Source of the DNA: an uncultured Verrucomicrobiae bacterium
GTDB lineage: Bacteria > Verrucomicrobiota > Verrucomicrobiia > Limisphaerales > CAVQOW01
Assembly (NCBI GenBank): GCA_963714605.1
Contig: CAVQOW010000005.1
Location: 5,584 to 69,583, forward strand
Direction: 5' to 3'
Length of the DNA stretch: 64,000 nucleotides
Numbering within the stretch: the stretch's first letter is position 1; each line of letters opens with the position of its first letter. Shown piece after piece: positions 41,832 through 53,770 of this stretch. The notes beneath the pieces were generated by a model. The model was not told where the DNA came from. It did not search any database and worked only from the letters and a program-made list of their open reading frames with translations. The translations under genes were made by a program, and so were the position numbers.

Positions 41832-44800
41832 ATGAAGTCATTCACCGACATCTTCATCCGCCGGCCCGTGCTCGCCCTCGTGGTGAATCTGGTGATTCTG
41901 ATTGCGGGATTCCAGGCAATCAAGACCCTCACCGTGCGGCAATATCCCCGCAGCGACAATGCCACGGTGACCATCACCACAGCCTATGTCGGTGCCAGCG
42001 CCGATCTGGTGCGCGGGTTCATCACCACGCCGCTCGAACGGGTCATCGCCGCCGCCGACGGCATTGATTACATTTCATCCACCAGCACGCTCGGTCTGTC
42101 CACCATCACCGCGCGGCTCAAACTCAACTACGATCCCACCAAGGCGCTGGCTGAAATCAGTTCCAAGGTGGATCAGGTCCGCAACGACCTTCCGCCTGAG
42201 GCCGAAGTGCCGATCATCAATGTGGAGTCAGCCGATTCGCAGTTTGCCTCCTGCTATCTGCGCTTTTCCTCGGACATTCTGGAAGCGAACCAGATCACTG
42301 ATTACCTCGTGCGCATCGTTCAGCCGCGCCTTTCGGCCCTCGAAGGCGTGCAGCGCGCGGACATTTTGGGCGGACGCACCTTCGCCATGCGCATCTGGCT
42401 CAAGCCGGATCGCATGGCGGCGTTGAACATCAACCCAAACCAAATTCGCGATGCGCTTGCGGCGAACAATTTCCTTTCTGCCGTGGGACGCACCAAAGGT
42501 TCGCTCATCCAGGTCAATCTCACCGCCAACACCGACCTCCGTTCGACCGAGGAATTTCGCGACCTTGTTGTTCGTCAGTCCGGCGACAGCCTTGTCCGAT
42601 TGCGCGATGTGGCCGACGTGGTGCTGGGCGCGGAGGACTATGATTCCGAGGTGCGGTTCGGCAGCCAGAAAGCCGTGTTCATGGGCGTCTGGGTGCTGCC
42701 CAATGCCAATTCGCTCGACGTGATCAAACGCGTCCGCACCGAAATGGAGGCGATCAAGAGGGAACTTCCGACCGGGCTGGACGGTGGCATCGCCTACGAC
42801 GCCACCAAGTACATCGAGGACGCGATTCACGAAGTCTTGAAGACGCTGACCGTAACACTGTTGATCGTCGCGATAGTAATTTTCCTATTTCTCGGCTCGA
42901 TCCGTTCGGTGCTGGTGCCGCTTGTGGCCATCCCGATTTCGCTCATCGGCGGGATATTTTTGATGCAGGTTTTTGGGTTCACACTCAACCTGCTCACGCT
43001 GCTTGCCATCGTGCTGTCCGTCGGTCTCGTGGTGGACGACGCTATCGTGGTCGTCGAAAACGTGGAACGCCACGTGCGCGAAGGAAAATCGCCGTTGAAT
43101 GCGGCGCTGCTGGGGGCGCGCGAACTTGTCAGCCCGGTGATCGCCATGACAATCACACTGGCGGCGGTCTATGCGCCGATTGGATTGCAAGGCGGACTCA
43201 CCGGTTCGTTGTTCCGCGAATTTGCCTTCACCCTCGCTGGTGCAGTATTCATTTCTGGCGTGGTCGCGCTTACGCTGTCGCCGGTCATGTCTTCCAAGTT
43301 GCTCGACGCGGGGCGCGAGGAACACGGTTTTGCCGGCAAAATCAACCGTGACTTCGACCGCTTCCGCAAATTTTATGGCCGCGTGCTGGACGCGACACTG
43401 TCAGCGCGACCGGCTGTTTATGTTATTTGGATCGTGCTGAGCCTGCTGGCGATTCCGATGTTTATGTTGGCACCCAAGGAACTCGCGCCGACGGAGGACC
43501 AGGGTTTTGTATTGGGCATTGTTGAAGCGTCGGCGGACGCGACGATTGACCAGACGACGTTTTACACCGATGCGCTCAATCGCGAACTGATGAAGGTGCC
43601 GGAGAGGAGCGAGGTGTTCCAGATTACCTTCCCCGACAACGGATTTGCCGGCTTGGTGCTCAAACCCTGGGGTGAACGGAAGCGCACCGTGTTCAAGATC
43701 GCGCCGGAAGTACAGAAAACCGTCAGCACCATTCCGGGAATTCGCACCACGATTGCCACTCCGCCTGCGCTGCCCGGCGGCGGCCGGTTTCCGGTGGAAT
43801 CAGTCATCGGTGCCACGGCAGAACCCGACGTGATCCTGAAGTTTGCCGAGCAATTGCAGCAAAAAGCCGCAGCCAGCGGATTGTTTGCGTTTCCACCGAT
43901 CATTGATACGAAGATGGACCAGCCTGAAGTCGAATTGGCGATGGACCGCGACAAGGTCGCGTCGCTCGGTTTGAATATGGCGACGGTCGGCGCGGACCTG
44001 GCAACGTTGGTGGGCGGCAATTTCGTAAACCGTTTCAACTTCGATGGACGCAGCTACAAAGTTATTCCGCAACTCAAACGCATCGACCGGTTGGATCCGA
44101 GTCAGCTTGAAAACACTTATGTGAAGGGACCAAGTAACCAATTGGTCACGCTCAGCACCTTTGCCACGTTGAAGAAAAGCACCGGGCCGCGCTCGCTCAA
44201 CCGATTCCAGCAGTTCAATGCCGTGACAATCAGCGGCGTCGCGACCCGTCCGCTTGATGAGGCGCTTCGATATTCTCGAAGGCGAAGCGGCCAAAATTCT
44301 GCCGAAAGGTTACAAACTCGATTATACCGGCGAATCCCGGCAGTTGCGAGTCGAAGGCAGCAAATTCCTTCCGGCCTTTACTCTGGCGCTGGTTTTGATT
44401 TTCCTCGTGCTGGCGGCCCAGTTCAACAGTTTTCGTGATCCGCTGATCATTTTGCTGGGTTCGGTGCCCTTGGCGATGTTCGGCGCGTTGATTTTCAGTT
44501 TCCTGAAAATGCCGGGCCAGAACACGGCGTTCTTTACCAACGGCTGGACGACCACGCTGAACATCTACTCGCAGGTTGGTCTTGTCACGCTCGTTGGATT
44601 GGTGTCGAAGAACGGCATTCTCATCGTCCAATTTGCCAACGAACTCCAGCGCACCGGCCTGCCCAAGATCAAGGCCGTGCGCGAGGCGGCCCTCATCCGG
44701 CTGCGCCCCGTGTTGATGACCAGCGCCGCCACAATTTGCGGACATTTTCCGCTCACGCTGGTTACTGGTGCCGGTGCCGCCGCGCGAAATTCCATCGGCA

Positions 44801-44979
44801 TCACGATTGTTGCCGGCATGACGCTCGGCACGCTGTTCACGCTGCTGGTGATTCCTTCGATTTACGTGCTGATTGCCAAACAGCACGCCGGGGAGGAACG
44901 CGGCGCAATCGCACAGGACTTTGAGCTGGCCGAACCCGGCAACGCCCACGTACCGGCCAAGAAAGAAGCCGGAAAATGA
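41832..44979 (+). CDS. RND efflux permease, MexW/MexI-like (frameshift ~44270)
   Basis: FIRRPVLA, VRQYP, GLVVDDAIVVVENVER, KNGILIV, RLRPVLMT. Confidence 0.93.
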
Positions 44980-45007
44980 CGCGGACACGCAAAATTGTTC
45001 AGAAGAA

Positions 45008-46259
45008 ATGAAAACGGAAACTGACAATCAACCAAATCCCGACGGACAATCGGCGGGACAAGAGGAAACCGCCAAATTGCCATCGGCGTCGAGTGATGGT
45101 TCGCGGCGAAAGTGGCTGCTCATTGCTGGGACTTTAGTCTTCGCGGCGGCGTTTTATTTTGCTCTGGATTATGTCGTCAAAGCATTCACCCACGAGTCCA
45201 CGGACGATGCATTCCTGCAAGCGGATGTCGTGGCCGTGTCACCGCGCGTCGCCAGTCAGATTCAGTCCGTGCACGTGAAGGACAATCAGTTCGTGAAACG
45301 CGGCGATGCGTTGGTGGATTTGGACCCGCAGGATTACGAAGTGAGTTTTAGCCAGAAACAGACCGAAGTGGCCAGCGCCGAGGCGAATCTCGGTTCCGCC
45401 AAGGCCGGTTTGGCGCTGATGAAGGCCCGGCTCAACACCGCCGAGGCCACGCAGCGTCAAGAACAGGCCAATGCCGATGCTGCCCGTGCCACGGCTGAAC
45501 GCGCCCAGGCAGACCTTAAGCGTGCGGAGCCGCTCCGCGAAACCGGTGTGGTGTCACCGGGTGAATTCGACAGGACTCGTGCTGATGCCGAAAGCGCCAA
45601 GGCCAGCTTCGCTGCCGCCGAGCAGAAGGCGCAGGTGGCGGTCTCGCAAGTGGGTGAAGCACGCGCTCAGGTTGATTTGGCGGAAACCATGGTGGTAATC
45701 ATGCTTGCGCGCATTCAGCAATCGCGTGTTGACCAGCAGGCGGCGGATTTGAATTTGTCGTACACGAAAATTGCCGCGCCGTGCGACGGGCGGGTGACGC
45801 GTAAAGCAATCGAGCCGGGCGACTACGTGCAAGTCAGCCAGTCGCTGCTCGCGATTGTTCCCACGAACTTTTGGGTCGTAGCCAACTTCAAAGAAACCCA
45901 GTTGACGGACATGCGCTCCGGCCAGCCGGTGGAGATTCACATTGACGCGTTCCCCGGCAAGAACTGGCACGGACACGTGGACAGTATCATGGCGGGCAGC
46001 GGCGCGAGTTTCAGCCTGTTGCCGCCGGAAAACGCCGTCGGCAATTACGTGAAAGTGGTTCAACGTGTGCCGGTGAAAATTTTGTTCGATGCGCCGTTGA
46101 CCTCCGATGATGTCACTTGGCGCCGGCATGTCGGTTGTTCCGGACGTTCGCACCAGCGCATTTACAATTTCGCCGGTGTTGTTGTGGGTCGGTGCGCTGG
46201 TGCTGGGAGTGCTGGCGGCAATGGGTTTGGCGCGGGTGATTGATCATCTGCGCGACTGA
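45008..46259 (+). CDS. EmrA/HlyD family adaptor (frameshift ~46115)
   Basis: HESTDDAF, WVVANFKETQL, FSLLPPENAVGNYVKVVQRVPV. Confidence 0.9.
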
Positions 46260-46274
46260 CCGCGCGTTCCGCCG

Positions 46275-47854
46275 ATGTCTGATTCGCCTCCAACCACCGC
46301 TGCCGAGTGGCGTCCGCGGCACAGCCCGTGGCTGATCGCGCTGGCCGTGATGCTGGCGCCGTTCATGGAGGTGCTGGACACTTCGGTGGCGAACGTGGCG
46401 TTGCCGCACATCGGCGGCAATCTGTCGGCGACGCCGGAGGAGGCGACGTGGGTGCTCACCAGTTATCTCGTGTCCAACGCGATCATCCTGCCCATGACCG
46501 GCTGGCTGGGAAATTATTTTGGCCGCCGTCGGCTGTTTTTGCTTTGCGTCGCTTTGTTCACGTTCGCGTCGGTCATGTGCGGAATGGCCACGAGCCTCGG
46601 CATGCTGATCGTGGCGCGCATTTTCCAGGGATGGGCGGTGGCGCGATGGTGCCGATGGCGCAAGCGGTCCTGCTGGAAAGTTTTCCGGTGAACAAACGCG
46701 GTCAGGCTATGGCGGCGTTCAGCATGGGCATCATTGTGGCGCCGATTCTTGGCCCGACGCTCGGCGGCTGGATCACGGATAATTATTCGTGGCGCTGGAT
46801 TTTTTATATCAACGTGCCGGTGGGCATCCTCGCGTTTTTCATGGCTGAGGAGTTTGTCGAAGACCCACCTTACGTCCGACGCAACAAGCATGCGACTGTG
46901 GATTTCGCCGGCTTCGCGCTGCTGGCAATCTGGCTGGGAGCGTTGCAAATCGTTTTGGACAAAGGGCAGGAGGAGGATTGGTTTTCGTCGGACTGGATTT
47001 GCTGGCTGGCCGTCACCTCGGCGGTGGCGATGGTCGCGTTTTTGATTTGGGAATTTCTGGTTGAGCATCCGGTGGTGGATTTGCGGGTGCTGAAGAACCG
47101 CAATTTCGCTTCAGGTCTGGTGCTCATCACGATGGTGGGTGTGGTGCTCTACGGCACGACTGCGGCGATCCCAATCTATCTGCAGACACTCATGGGTTAC
47201 ACAGCGCTCGGCAGCGGACTGACACTCAGCCCGCGCGGTTTGGCTGCTTTTGTCACAACCATCGTGGTGGGACAACTGGTCGGGCGTGTGCGAAACCGCT
47301 ACTTGCTGATTACCGGATTCGCTCTGGTGGCGGTGTCGTCATTCATGTTGGGGCGTATCAATCTTTCGGTGGACATGGCCACTGTGATCTGGCCTAGCGT
47401 GGTCAACGGTATCGGCATCAGTTTTATTTTTGTGCCGCTGACGACGTCCACAGTTGCGTATCTGCGGCAGGACCAGATGGGAAACGCGACCGGCCTTTAC
47501 AATCTGATGCGCAACATCGGCGGCAGCATCGGCATTGCCTTTGTGACGACACATCTGGCGCGGGACGCGCAGGTTCACCATGCGATGCTCGTATCTCACA
47601 CAACGCCGTACAGCCCGGCGTTCATTCATCAGTTGGCGGCGACTAAAGCTGCTCTTGCCGCGCACGGCGATCCCGTTGCCGCCATGACGCAGGCTCACAG
47701 TTTGATTTACGACAAAGTGCTTCAGCAGGCAAGGCTCTGGGCGTTTGTGGACAATTTCCGGTTGTTCGGCTTGCTTTGTCTGGTGTGTATTCCAGTGGTG
47801 TTTCTATTCAAGCGAATTCCACACCATCCTCGGGGCAAGGTTGACGCGCATTAG
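46275..47854 (+). CDS. DHA2 (EmrB/QacA) MFS efflux permease (frameshift ~46630)
   Basis: FMEVLDTSVANVALPHI, TWVLTSYL, GPTLGGWITDNYSWRWIFYINVP, RNIGGSIG. Confidence 0.92.
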
Positions 47855-48007
47855 CTGCGAGAACGACCATCCGTTGTGATCCTCGGTTGGGATGGATGCT
47901 TTGACTTGCTGCCAAGTTCGTAAAACGGGCAAATTTCGAGATTGAATAGTGGGGGTGAATTACGGCAGAATGGTTCCGGCGAAAGGTGCAAATTCGCCGA
48001 TGGAGCC

Positions 48008-48565
48008 ATGGCAAAACTGGTCATCAAAACCGACGGTTTGCCCGCTGAGGTTATCAAGCTCAAAAGCGGCCGTAATCGCTTTGGCCGTTCTTCAGAGAAC
48101 GATTTTCTCATACAGCATCCGACGATTTCGCGTTTCCATTGCGAGATTGATGTCAGGGATGACAGGATGGTGGTGCGCGATCTTGACTCATCCAACGGGA
48201 CGTTTGTGAACGGTCAACCCGTCGGCATCGCGCTGTTGGAGAGCGGCCAGATGTTACGCCTTGGAGATGTGCAAATGGAGGTGGAAGACGCGCCCAAGTC
48301 GTCTGGCGAACCCAAGGCGCTTTTGTGCTCCAATCACGCCTCTCATCCCGCCAGCATGAAATGCACCCAATGCCACAGACTGTTTTGCGGCGCATGCGTT
48401 CACATCCTTAAGCGCACCACCGGCAAAGTGTTGCGGCTCTGCCCCGCGTGCAGCGGTCATTGCATGCCGCTGGAAGGAATGAATCAAGAACCGAAGAAGT
48501 TTATGACGAGTTTGTTCCGAAAACTGTTGCGGAAGCCGCCGGAAGACAAGCCGTTTCACGATTGA
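48008..48565 (+). CDS. FHA domain protein with C-terminal Cys/His zinc-finger-like region
   Basis: GRSSEND..ISRFH..DLDSSNGTFVNG; CSNH..CTQC..CGAC..CPAC. Confidence 0.85.
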   Translation: MAKLVIKTDGLPAEVIKLKSGRNRFGRSSENDFLIQHPTISRFHCEIDVRDDRMVVRDLDSSNGTFVNGQPVGIALLESGQMLRLGDVQMEVEDAPKSSGEPKALLCSNHASHPASMKCTQCHRLFCGACVHILKRTTGKVLRLCPACSGHCMPLEGMNQEPKKFMTSLFRKLLRKPPEDKPFHD

Positions 48566-48658
48566 GCCATGTTGACTGGCGATAAGGCTGAATTCCGCCT
48601 GCCAGATCAAATGAGCGCCATCGATCCCTCCGTCTTAAAAAAAAAGATAAAATCTCCG

Positions 48659-48687
48659 TTGACAGAGTGGGTTGTGATTCGTAATTT
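48659..48687 (+). promoter_or_regulatory. Promoter of the tRNA-Thr/tuf operon
   Basis: TTGACA-17 nt-TAATTT with A-rich upstream tract. Confidence 0.65.
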
Positions 48688-48811
48688 CATGCCTGTCTTA
48701 GGGCCGTAGAAAGTCAAAAAGCTGCAGCCCCTCGGGTTTTCGATAAAGAAAAGCGAGGGGAAGTGGTTTTTTGTCGTTTTGCGTGTCAGGATTAAAAATG
48801 ATTCGGCTCGC

Positions 48812-48887
<76 letters not shown>

Positions 48888-48936
48888 GACGGTATTGCTA
48901 AACTAAACATTAACGACAACAACGCAGGAGACAGCA

Positions 48937-50126
48937 ATGGCTAAAGAACAATTTCAAAGAACGAAACCGCACGTGAACGTGGGGACAATCGGACACATTG
49001 ACCACGGCAAGTCCACGCTGACTGCCGCTATCGTACAGGTGCAGTCCGTCAAGGGGCTGGCAACGCCGATCTCGTATGCGGACATCACCAAGGGCGGCAC
49101 AGTGCGCGATGAAACCAAAACCGTGACCATCGCGGTATCGCACGTCGAGTACCAAAGCGACAAGCGCCATTACGCGCACATTGACTGCCCCGGCCATGCC
49201 GACTTCATCAAGAACATGATTACTGGCGCGGCCCAGATGGACGGCGCCATTCTCGTGGTTGACGCCGCGGAAGGCCCGATGCCGCAGACGCGCGAACACA
49301 TCCTGCTGGCCCGCCAGGTTGGTGTGCCGGCCATCGTTGTCTATTTGAACAAAGTTGACCTGGGGCTGACAAGGACCTGCTCGAACTCGTCGAGATGGAA
49401 ATCCGCGACTTGCTTACCAAGTACGGTTTTCCGGGTGAAAAGACTCCGATCATTCGCGGGAGTGCCAAGCTGGCATTGGCAGGCGACAAGGAGAATGCAG
49501 AGTCCATTCAAAAATTAATGGAAGCCATTGACGATTTCATTCCGTTGCCGATGCGGGAAGTGGACAAACCGTTCCTGATGTGCATCGAGGACGTGTTCAA
49601 TATTGAAGGCCGCGGCACGGTCGTGACCGGTCGTGTCGAACGTGGCGTGCTCAAGCGCATGGAGGACGTTGAGATCGTTGGCCTGAAGGAGACCCGCAAG
49701 ACGGTCGCTACTGACATCGAAATGTTCCGCAAGCTCCTCGATTCCGCACAATGCGGTGACAACGTCGGTGTTCTCCTGCGCGGCACGAAGAAAGAGGAAG
49801 TCGAGCGCGGCATGGTGCTGGCCAAGCCGGGTTCAATCACGCCACACACGCATTTCAAGGCGGAAGTGTACGTGTTGTCGAAGGAAGAAGGCGGTCGTCA
49901 CACGCCGTTCTTCACGAATTATCGTCCGCAATTTTATTTCCGCACCACGGACGTCACGGGCACCGTTACCCTGCCGCAGGGAGTGGAAATGGTGATGCCG
50001 GGCGACAATGTTTCCGTGGAAGTCAAAGTGATTGCGCCGGTCGCAATGGAAAAGGGCCAGCGTTTTGCCATTCGCGAGGGTGGCCGCACCATCGGTGCCG
50101 GGCGCGTAACCGAAGTCATCGAATAG
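48937..50126 (+). CDS. tuf: Elongation factor Tu (frameshift ~49365)
   Basis: [39 protein letters not shown]. Confidence 0.97.
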
Positions 50127-50215
50127 TCGAAACTGGGGAACGGGAGCGTGGGGCGCAAACGCCTCCCCGCCTCCCTTTTCATCTGATTCAAAATGAACAT
50201 GATTCGACGGCGAGT

Positions 50216-50291
50216 AGGGCGTTAGCTCAATTGGTAGAGTAGCGGTCTCCAAAACCGTTGGTTGGGGGTTCGACTCCCTCACGCCCTGCCA
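50216..50291 (+). tRNA. tRNA-Trp(CCA)
   Basis: 76-nt cloverleaf, anticodon loop CTCCAAA. Confidence 0.97.
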
Positions 50292-50299
50292 GGCAATTT

Positions 50300-50389
50300 G
50301 GAGAGGTGGCAGAGCGGTCTATTGCGGCGGTCTTGAAAACCGCTTCGGGCTAACACCCGACGGGGGTTCGAATCCCTCCCTCTCCGCCA
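50300..50389 (+). tRNA. tRNA-Ser(TGA)
   Basis: 90 nt with long variable arm, anticodon loop CTTGAAA, G discriminator, CCA. Confidence 0.95.
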
Positions 50390-50401
50390 GAAACGAAAAT
50401 T

Positions 50402-50656
50402 GTGAGTGATCTGACAAAAATATTATTTTGGGCGGTTGTCGTTGGAGTCGCCTTTGGCTTCTTTTGGTGGCAGGGGCATCTCCAGCGATTTGCCACGTAC
50501 GTGCAGCAGACCCGCGAGGAATTGAAGAAATGCACATGGCCAAGCTGGGACGAGTTGAAAGGCTCGACAGTGGTTGTGATGATTTCAATTGCGCTGCTGG
50601 GCGGATTTATCTTTCTTGTGGATCAGGTTCTGTTCCAGGTTTTCTTTCGGCTTTAA
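50402..50656 (+). CDS. secE: Preprotein translocase subunit SecE
   Basis: ELKKCTWPSWDEL followed by TM; precedes nusG. Confidence 0.93.
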   Translation: MSDLTKILFWAVVVGVAFGFFWWQGHLQRFATYVQQTREELKKCTWPSWDELKGSTVVVMISIALLGGFIFLVDQVLFQVFFRL

Positions 50657-50662
50657 GCGATC

Positions 50663-51211
50663 ATGCATAGCCAGTGGTTTGTCATTCACACCCTCTCCGG
50701 CCAGGAGCAGAAGGTCAAAGAGAGCATTGAGAAGCGCATCAAGACCGAGGAAATGGGCGACTTCATCAAGGAAGTTCTCGTGCCCATGGAACGGGTGGTG
50801 GACGTGCGCGGCGGCAAGAAGACCGTGACGACGCGCAAGCTGCATCCGGGTTACGTTTACATTGACATGGTTTTGCTGGACGAAAACAACCGGGTGATAC
50901 CGCGGCCATTTTATTTCATCAAAGAAACCCAGGGGGCGATTGGGTTTGTCGGCGGCGAACATCCGCAGACCGCTTCCGAGGATGAAATGACAACGATCAA
51001 GGCCCAAATCTCGGCCTCCGAAGAGCATGAGAAGCCGAAGGTGAGCTTTGAGGTGGGCGAAACGGTGAAGATTAACAACGGTCCGTTCCTCAATTTCAGT
51101 GGTATTATTGAGGAAGTGGACCCGGAACGCGGCAAGCTCAAGGTCACCGTGAACATTTTCGGGCGCAATACGCCCGTTGAACTGGAATACTGGCAGGTGG
51201 AAAAGGGATAA
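50663..51211 (+). CDS. nusG: Transcription factor NusG
   Basis: [31 protein letters not shown]. Confidence 0.97.
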   Translation: MHSQWFVIHTLSGQEQKVKESIEKRIKTEEMGDFIKEVLVPMERVVDVRGGKKTVTTRKLHPGYVYIDMVLLDENNRVIPRPFYFIKETQGAIGFVGGEHPQTASEDEMTTIKAQISASEEHEKPKVSFEVGETVKINNGPFLNFSGIIEEVDPERGKLKVTVNIFGRNTPVELEYWQVEKG

Positions 51212-51239
51212 TTGCCGGTTGGCAATCATAACGAATTTT

Positions 51240-51665
51240 ATGGCAAAGAAAGTTGTCGGACTAATCAAATTGCAGATTCCTGCGGGTCAGGCGAATCCGG
51301 CCCCTCCGGTCGGCCCCGCGCTTGGCCAGCACGGCGTCAACATCATGGCGTTCTGCAAGGAATTTAACGCCCGAACCAAAGCCGACGTGGGCCTCGTGAT
51401 CCCCGTCGTCATTAGTGTTTATCAGGACAAATCGTTCACGTTCATCACCAAATCGCCGCCGGCGTCCATACTGCTGAAGAAAGCCGCTGGCATCACCGCC
51501 GGTTCGGCGACGCCGAACAAGGAAAAGGTCGGCAAAGTGACCCGCAAGCAGGTCATGGAGATCGTGAAAATGAAGTCGAAAGATTTGAACGCGACTGCCG
51601 ACGAAGCCGCGTTCCGTGTCATTTCCGGCACTGCCCGCAGCATGGGAATTGAAGTCGTCGAATAA
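51240..51665 (+). CDS. rplK: 50S ribosomal protein L11
   Basis: [26 protein letters not shown]. Confidence 0.98.
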   Translation: MAKKVVGLIKLQIPAGQANPAPPVGPALGQHGVNIMAFCKEFNARTKADVGLVIPVVISVYQDKSFTFITKSPPASILLKKAAGITAGSATPNKEKVGKVTRKQVMEIVKMKSKDLNATADEAAFRVISGTARSMGIEVVE

Positions 51666-51672
51666 CTCAACC

Positions 51673-51711
51673 GCGGGAGAGTCCCGTTTGGGCGGGGCTC
51701 GATTGAACCGC
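51673..51711 (+). promoter_or_regulatory. Putative L1-binding autoregulatory mRNA element before rplA
   Basis: GCGG-GA-GAGTCCCG-loop-CGGGGCTC-GATTGAA-CCGC: two stems around an asymmetric GA / G..AA loop like the L1 site. Confidence 0.6.
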
Positions 51712-51721
51712 TGCAAAACAA

Positions 51722-52417
51722 ATGCCAAGCAAACGATACAAGAAAGCGCTCGAACTGGTGGATGGAAAAAAAACGTATCCACTCAAGGATGCCGTAGGCG
51801 TCCTGACCAAGTTTCCGAAAGCGAAATTCAACGAAACCATTGACCTCGCATTCCGTCTCGGCGTGGACCCGAAGCAATCCGACCAGATGGTTCGCGGGAC
51901 TGTCCCGTTGCCTCACGGCAGCGGCAAAACCGTGCGCGTTTTGGTTTTTGCCAAAGACGGCGCGGCAGCCGATGCCGCCAAAGCCGCCGGAGCGGAATAC
52001 GTCGGGTTCGCCGACATGATCGCCAAATGTCAGGGCGGCTGGTCTGATTTCGACGTTGCCGTGGCCACACCCGAAGCGATGGCGGAAGTCCGCAAGCTCG
52101 GCAAAGTGCTCGGCCCGCGAGGCCTGATGCCCAACCCGAAGACCGGCACCGTGACTGACGACACCGCCAAGGCGGTCAAGGAAGTCAAAGCTGGTCGCGT
52201 GGAATTCAAGGTTGACAAGGCCGGCAATGTGCACGTTCCAGTTGGCAAAGCGTCGTTCACGGCCACACAGATTGAAGAAAACGCGCACGCGGTAATTGAC
52301 GCCGTGGCCAAGGCCAAGCCTTCCGGCGTGAAGGGCACGTACATTCACACTTGCACACTTTCCGCCACGATGAGCCCGCCGGTGCGGGTTGACTTGCGGG
52401 AATTCATCACACACTGA
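51722..52417 (+). CDS. rplA: 50S ribosomal protein L1
   Basis: [31 protein letters not shown]. Confidence 0.98.
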   Translation: MPSKRYKKALELVDGKKTYPLKDAVGVLTKFPKAKFNETIDLAFRLGVDPKQSDQMVRGTVPLPHGSGKTVRVLVFAKDGAAADAAKAAGAEYVGFADMIAKCQGGWSDFDVAVATPEAMAEVRKLGKVLGPRGLMPNPKTGTVTDDTAKAVKEVKAGRVEFKVDKAGNVHVPVGKASFTATQIEENAHAVIDAVAKAKPSGVKGTYIHTCTLSATMSPPVRVDLREFITH

Positions 52418-52438
52418 ACATTTAACTGATTTCGAATC

Positions 52439-52969
52439 ATGCGTGCAGAAAAACAAATCCTGACGAAAGAATATGTCGCACGGCTGAACGCGTCGCCGTT
52501 TTTTATCGTGGTGAATTATACAGGCCTGAAAGTGGCCCACCTGACCGAGCTGCGCAAACGCCTTGCCAAAGCCAGCGCGAAGATTCATATCATCAAGAAC
52601 TCTGTTTTCCACATTGCCGCCAAGGAAGCGGGCATTGGCGATTTGGGTGGAGCGCTCGCGGGCCAGATTGCCGTCGTGACCGGGCAGAAGGAAATTTCCG
52701 CCGCGGCGAAGGTTGTCAAAACGTTCGCCGCCGAATTCGACAAGCCGAAGATTCAGTTCGGCTATCTGAACAATCAACGGTTGGAAGACAAAGAAATTTT
52801 GGCGCTGGCCGATTTGCCATCACTGGAAGTCATGCGCGGCAAACTGCTTGGTTTGTTCCAGTCACCAGCTACGAAGCTCGTGGTGTTGCTCAACACGCCG
52901 GCCAGCCAGTTGGCGCGTGTGCTGCAAGCCAAGGCCGAGAAAGCCGAAAAGGCTGAACTAGCCGCATGA
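52439..52969 (+). CDS. rplJ: 50S ribosomal protein L10
   Basis: YTGLKV..LR, IKN, LADLPS; position between rplA and rplL. Confidence 0.96.
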   Translation: MRAEKQILTKEYVARLNASPFFIVVNYTGLKVAHLTELRKRLAKASAKIHIIKNSVFHIAAKEAGIGDLGGALAGQIAVVTGQKEISAAAKVVKTFAAEFDKPKIQFGYLNNQRLEDKEILALADLPSLEVMRGKLLGLFQSPATKLVVLLNTPASQLARVLQAKAEKAEKAELAA

Positions 52970-53099
52970 AGATTTCCCGCTGTTCAGGCCGACGGCGGGG
53001 GAAACAAAAACAACAACAAATGTAAATCGTCGGCTCACGGCCGTGGGCTCAAAACATCCGTGGCCCGGATGACGACGAGACGAGAAAGGAAAAGTTAGT

Positions 53100-53486
53100 A
53101 TGGCTCTGGATAAAGCAAAAATTGTGGAAGAATTGAGTAGCGCGACGGTGATTGAAATCGCCGATCTCGTGAAGGAATTGGAAGCCAAGTGGGGCGTGAC
53201 CGCTGCTGCGCCAGTCGCTGTTGCGGCTGCCGGCGCTCCCGCCGCCGCTGCGCCAGCCGCCGAAGCGAAGACCACGTTCGACGTGATCCTTGCCTCTGTG
53301 CCGGCTGACAAGAAAATCGCCGTCATCAAGGCTGTTCGTGAAGTCAAGGCCGGTCTCGGTCTGGCGGAAGCCAAGGCCCTTGTCGAGGGCGCTCCCAAAC
53401 CCGTGCTCGAAGGCGCTCCGAAGGCCGAAGCAGATACGGCCAAGAAGAAGCTCGAAGACGCGGGCGGTAAAGTGGAAGTCAAGTAA
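53100..53486 (+). CDS. rplL: 50S ribosomal protein L7/L12
   Basis: Ala/Pro hinge, [21 protein letters not shown]. Confidence 0.98.
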   Translation: MALDKAKIVEELSSATVIEIADLVKELEAKWGVTAAAPVAVAAAGAPAAAAPAAEAKTTFDVILASVPADKKIAVIKAVREVKAGLGLAEAKALVEGAPKPVLEGAPKAEADTAKKKLEDAGGKVEVK

Positions 53487-53500
53487 TCGGCTAGCTTTTG

Positions 53501-53538
53501 GGGCGGCGGTTTCGCGATGCGTGACCGCCGCCCGATTT
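53501..53538 (+). terminator. Strong hairpin after rplL (attenuator/terminator-like)
   Basis: gggcggcggt...accgccgccc stem with a weak U tract. Confidence 0.45.
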
Positions 53539-53770
53539 GGAACGCGGGGAACAGTCCTTCGTTCCGTTTGCGGAACGTCGCCGGTGACGGTGCGTTTCAC
53601 CGAGCCAAATTTTTACGCAACCGGTATTAGCACGAACAAATTAGCAGAACGACCACCGCGGGTGGTTGAAGTTTTAGGCAAGTTCACTGTTGAACGCAGC
53701 GTTCTTGCCTAGTGTCGTTGATTTAACAACAACGGCCGGCATTGTTGCCGGCCAATTCTTGAAAGCCCAA

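Noticed and set aside
48937-50126. Programmed frameshift or pseudogene in tuf (also rpsU, pgk, tpiA)
   Set aside because: Single-base indels in essential genes in an error-rich consensus; sequencing error is the simpler explanation.
53690-53770. N-terminal extension of RpoB in the ORF track
   Set aside because: Conserved sequence starts at ATG 53771; the upstream TTG start has no support.
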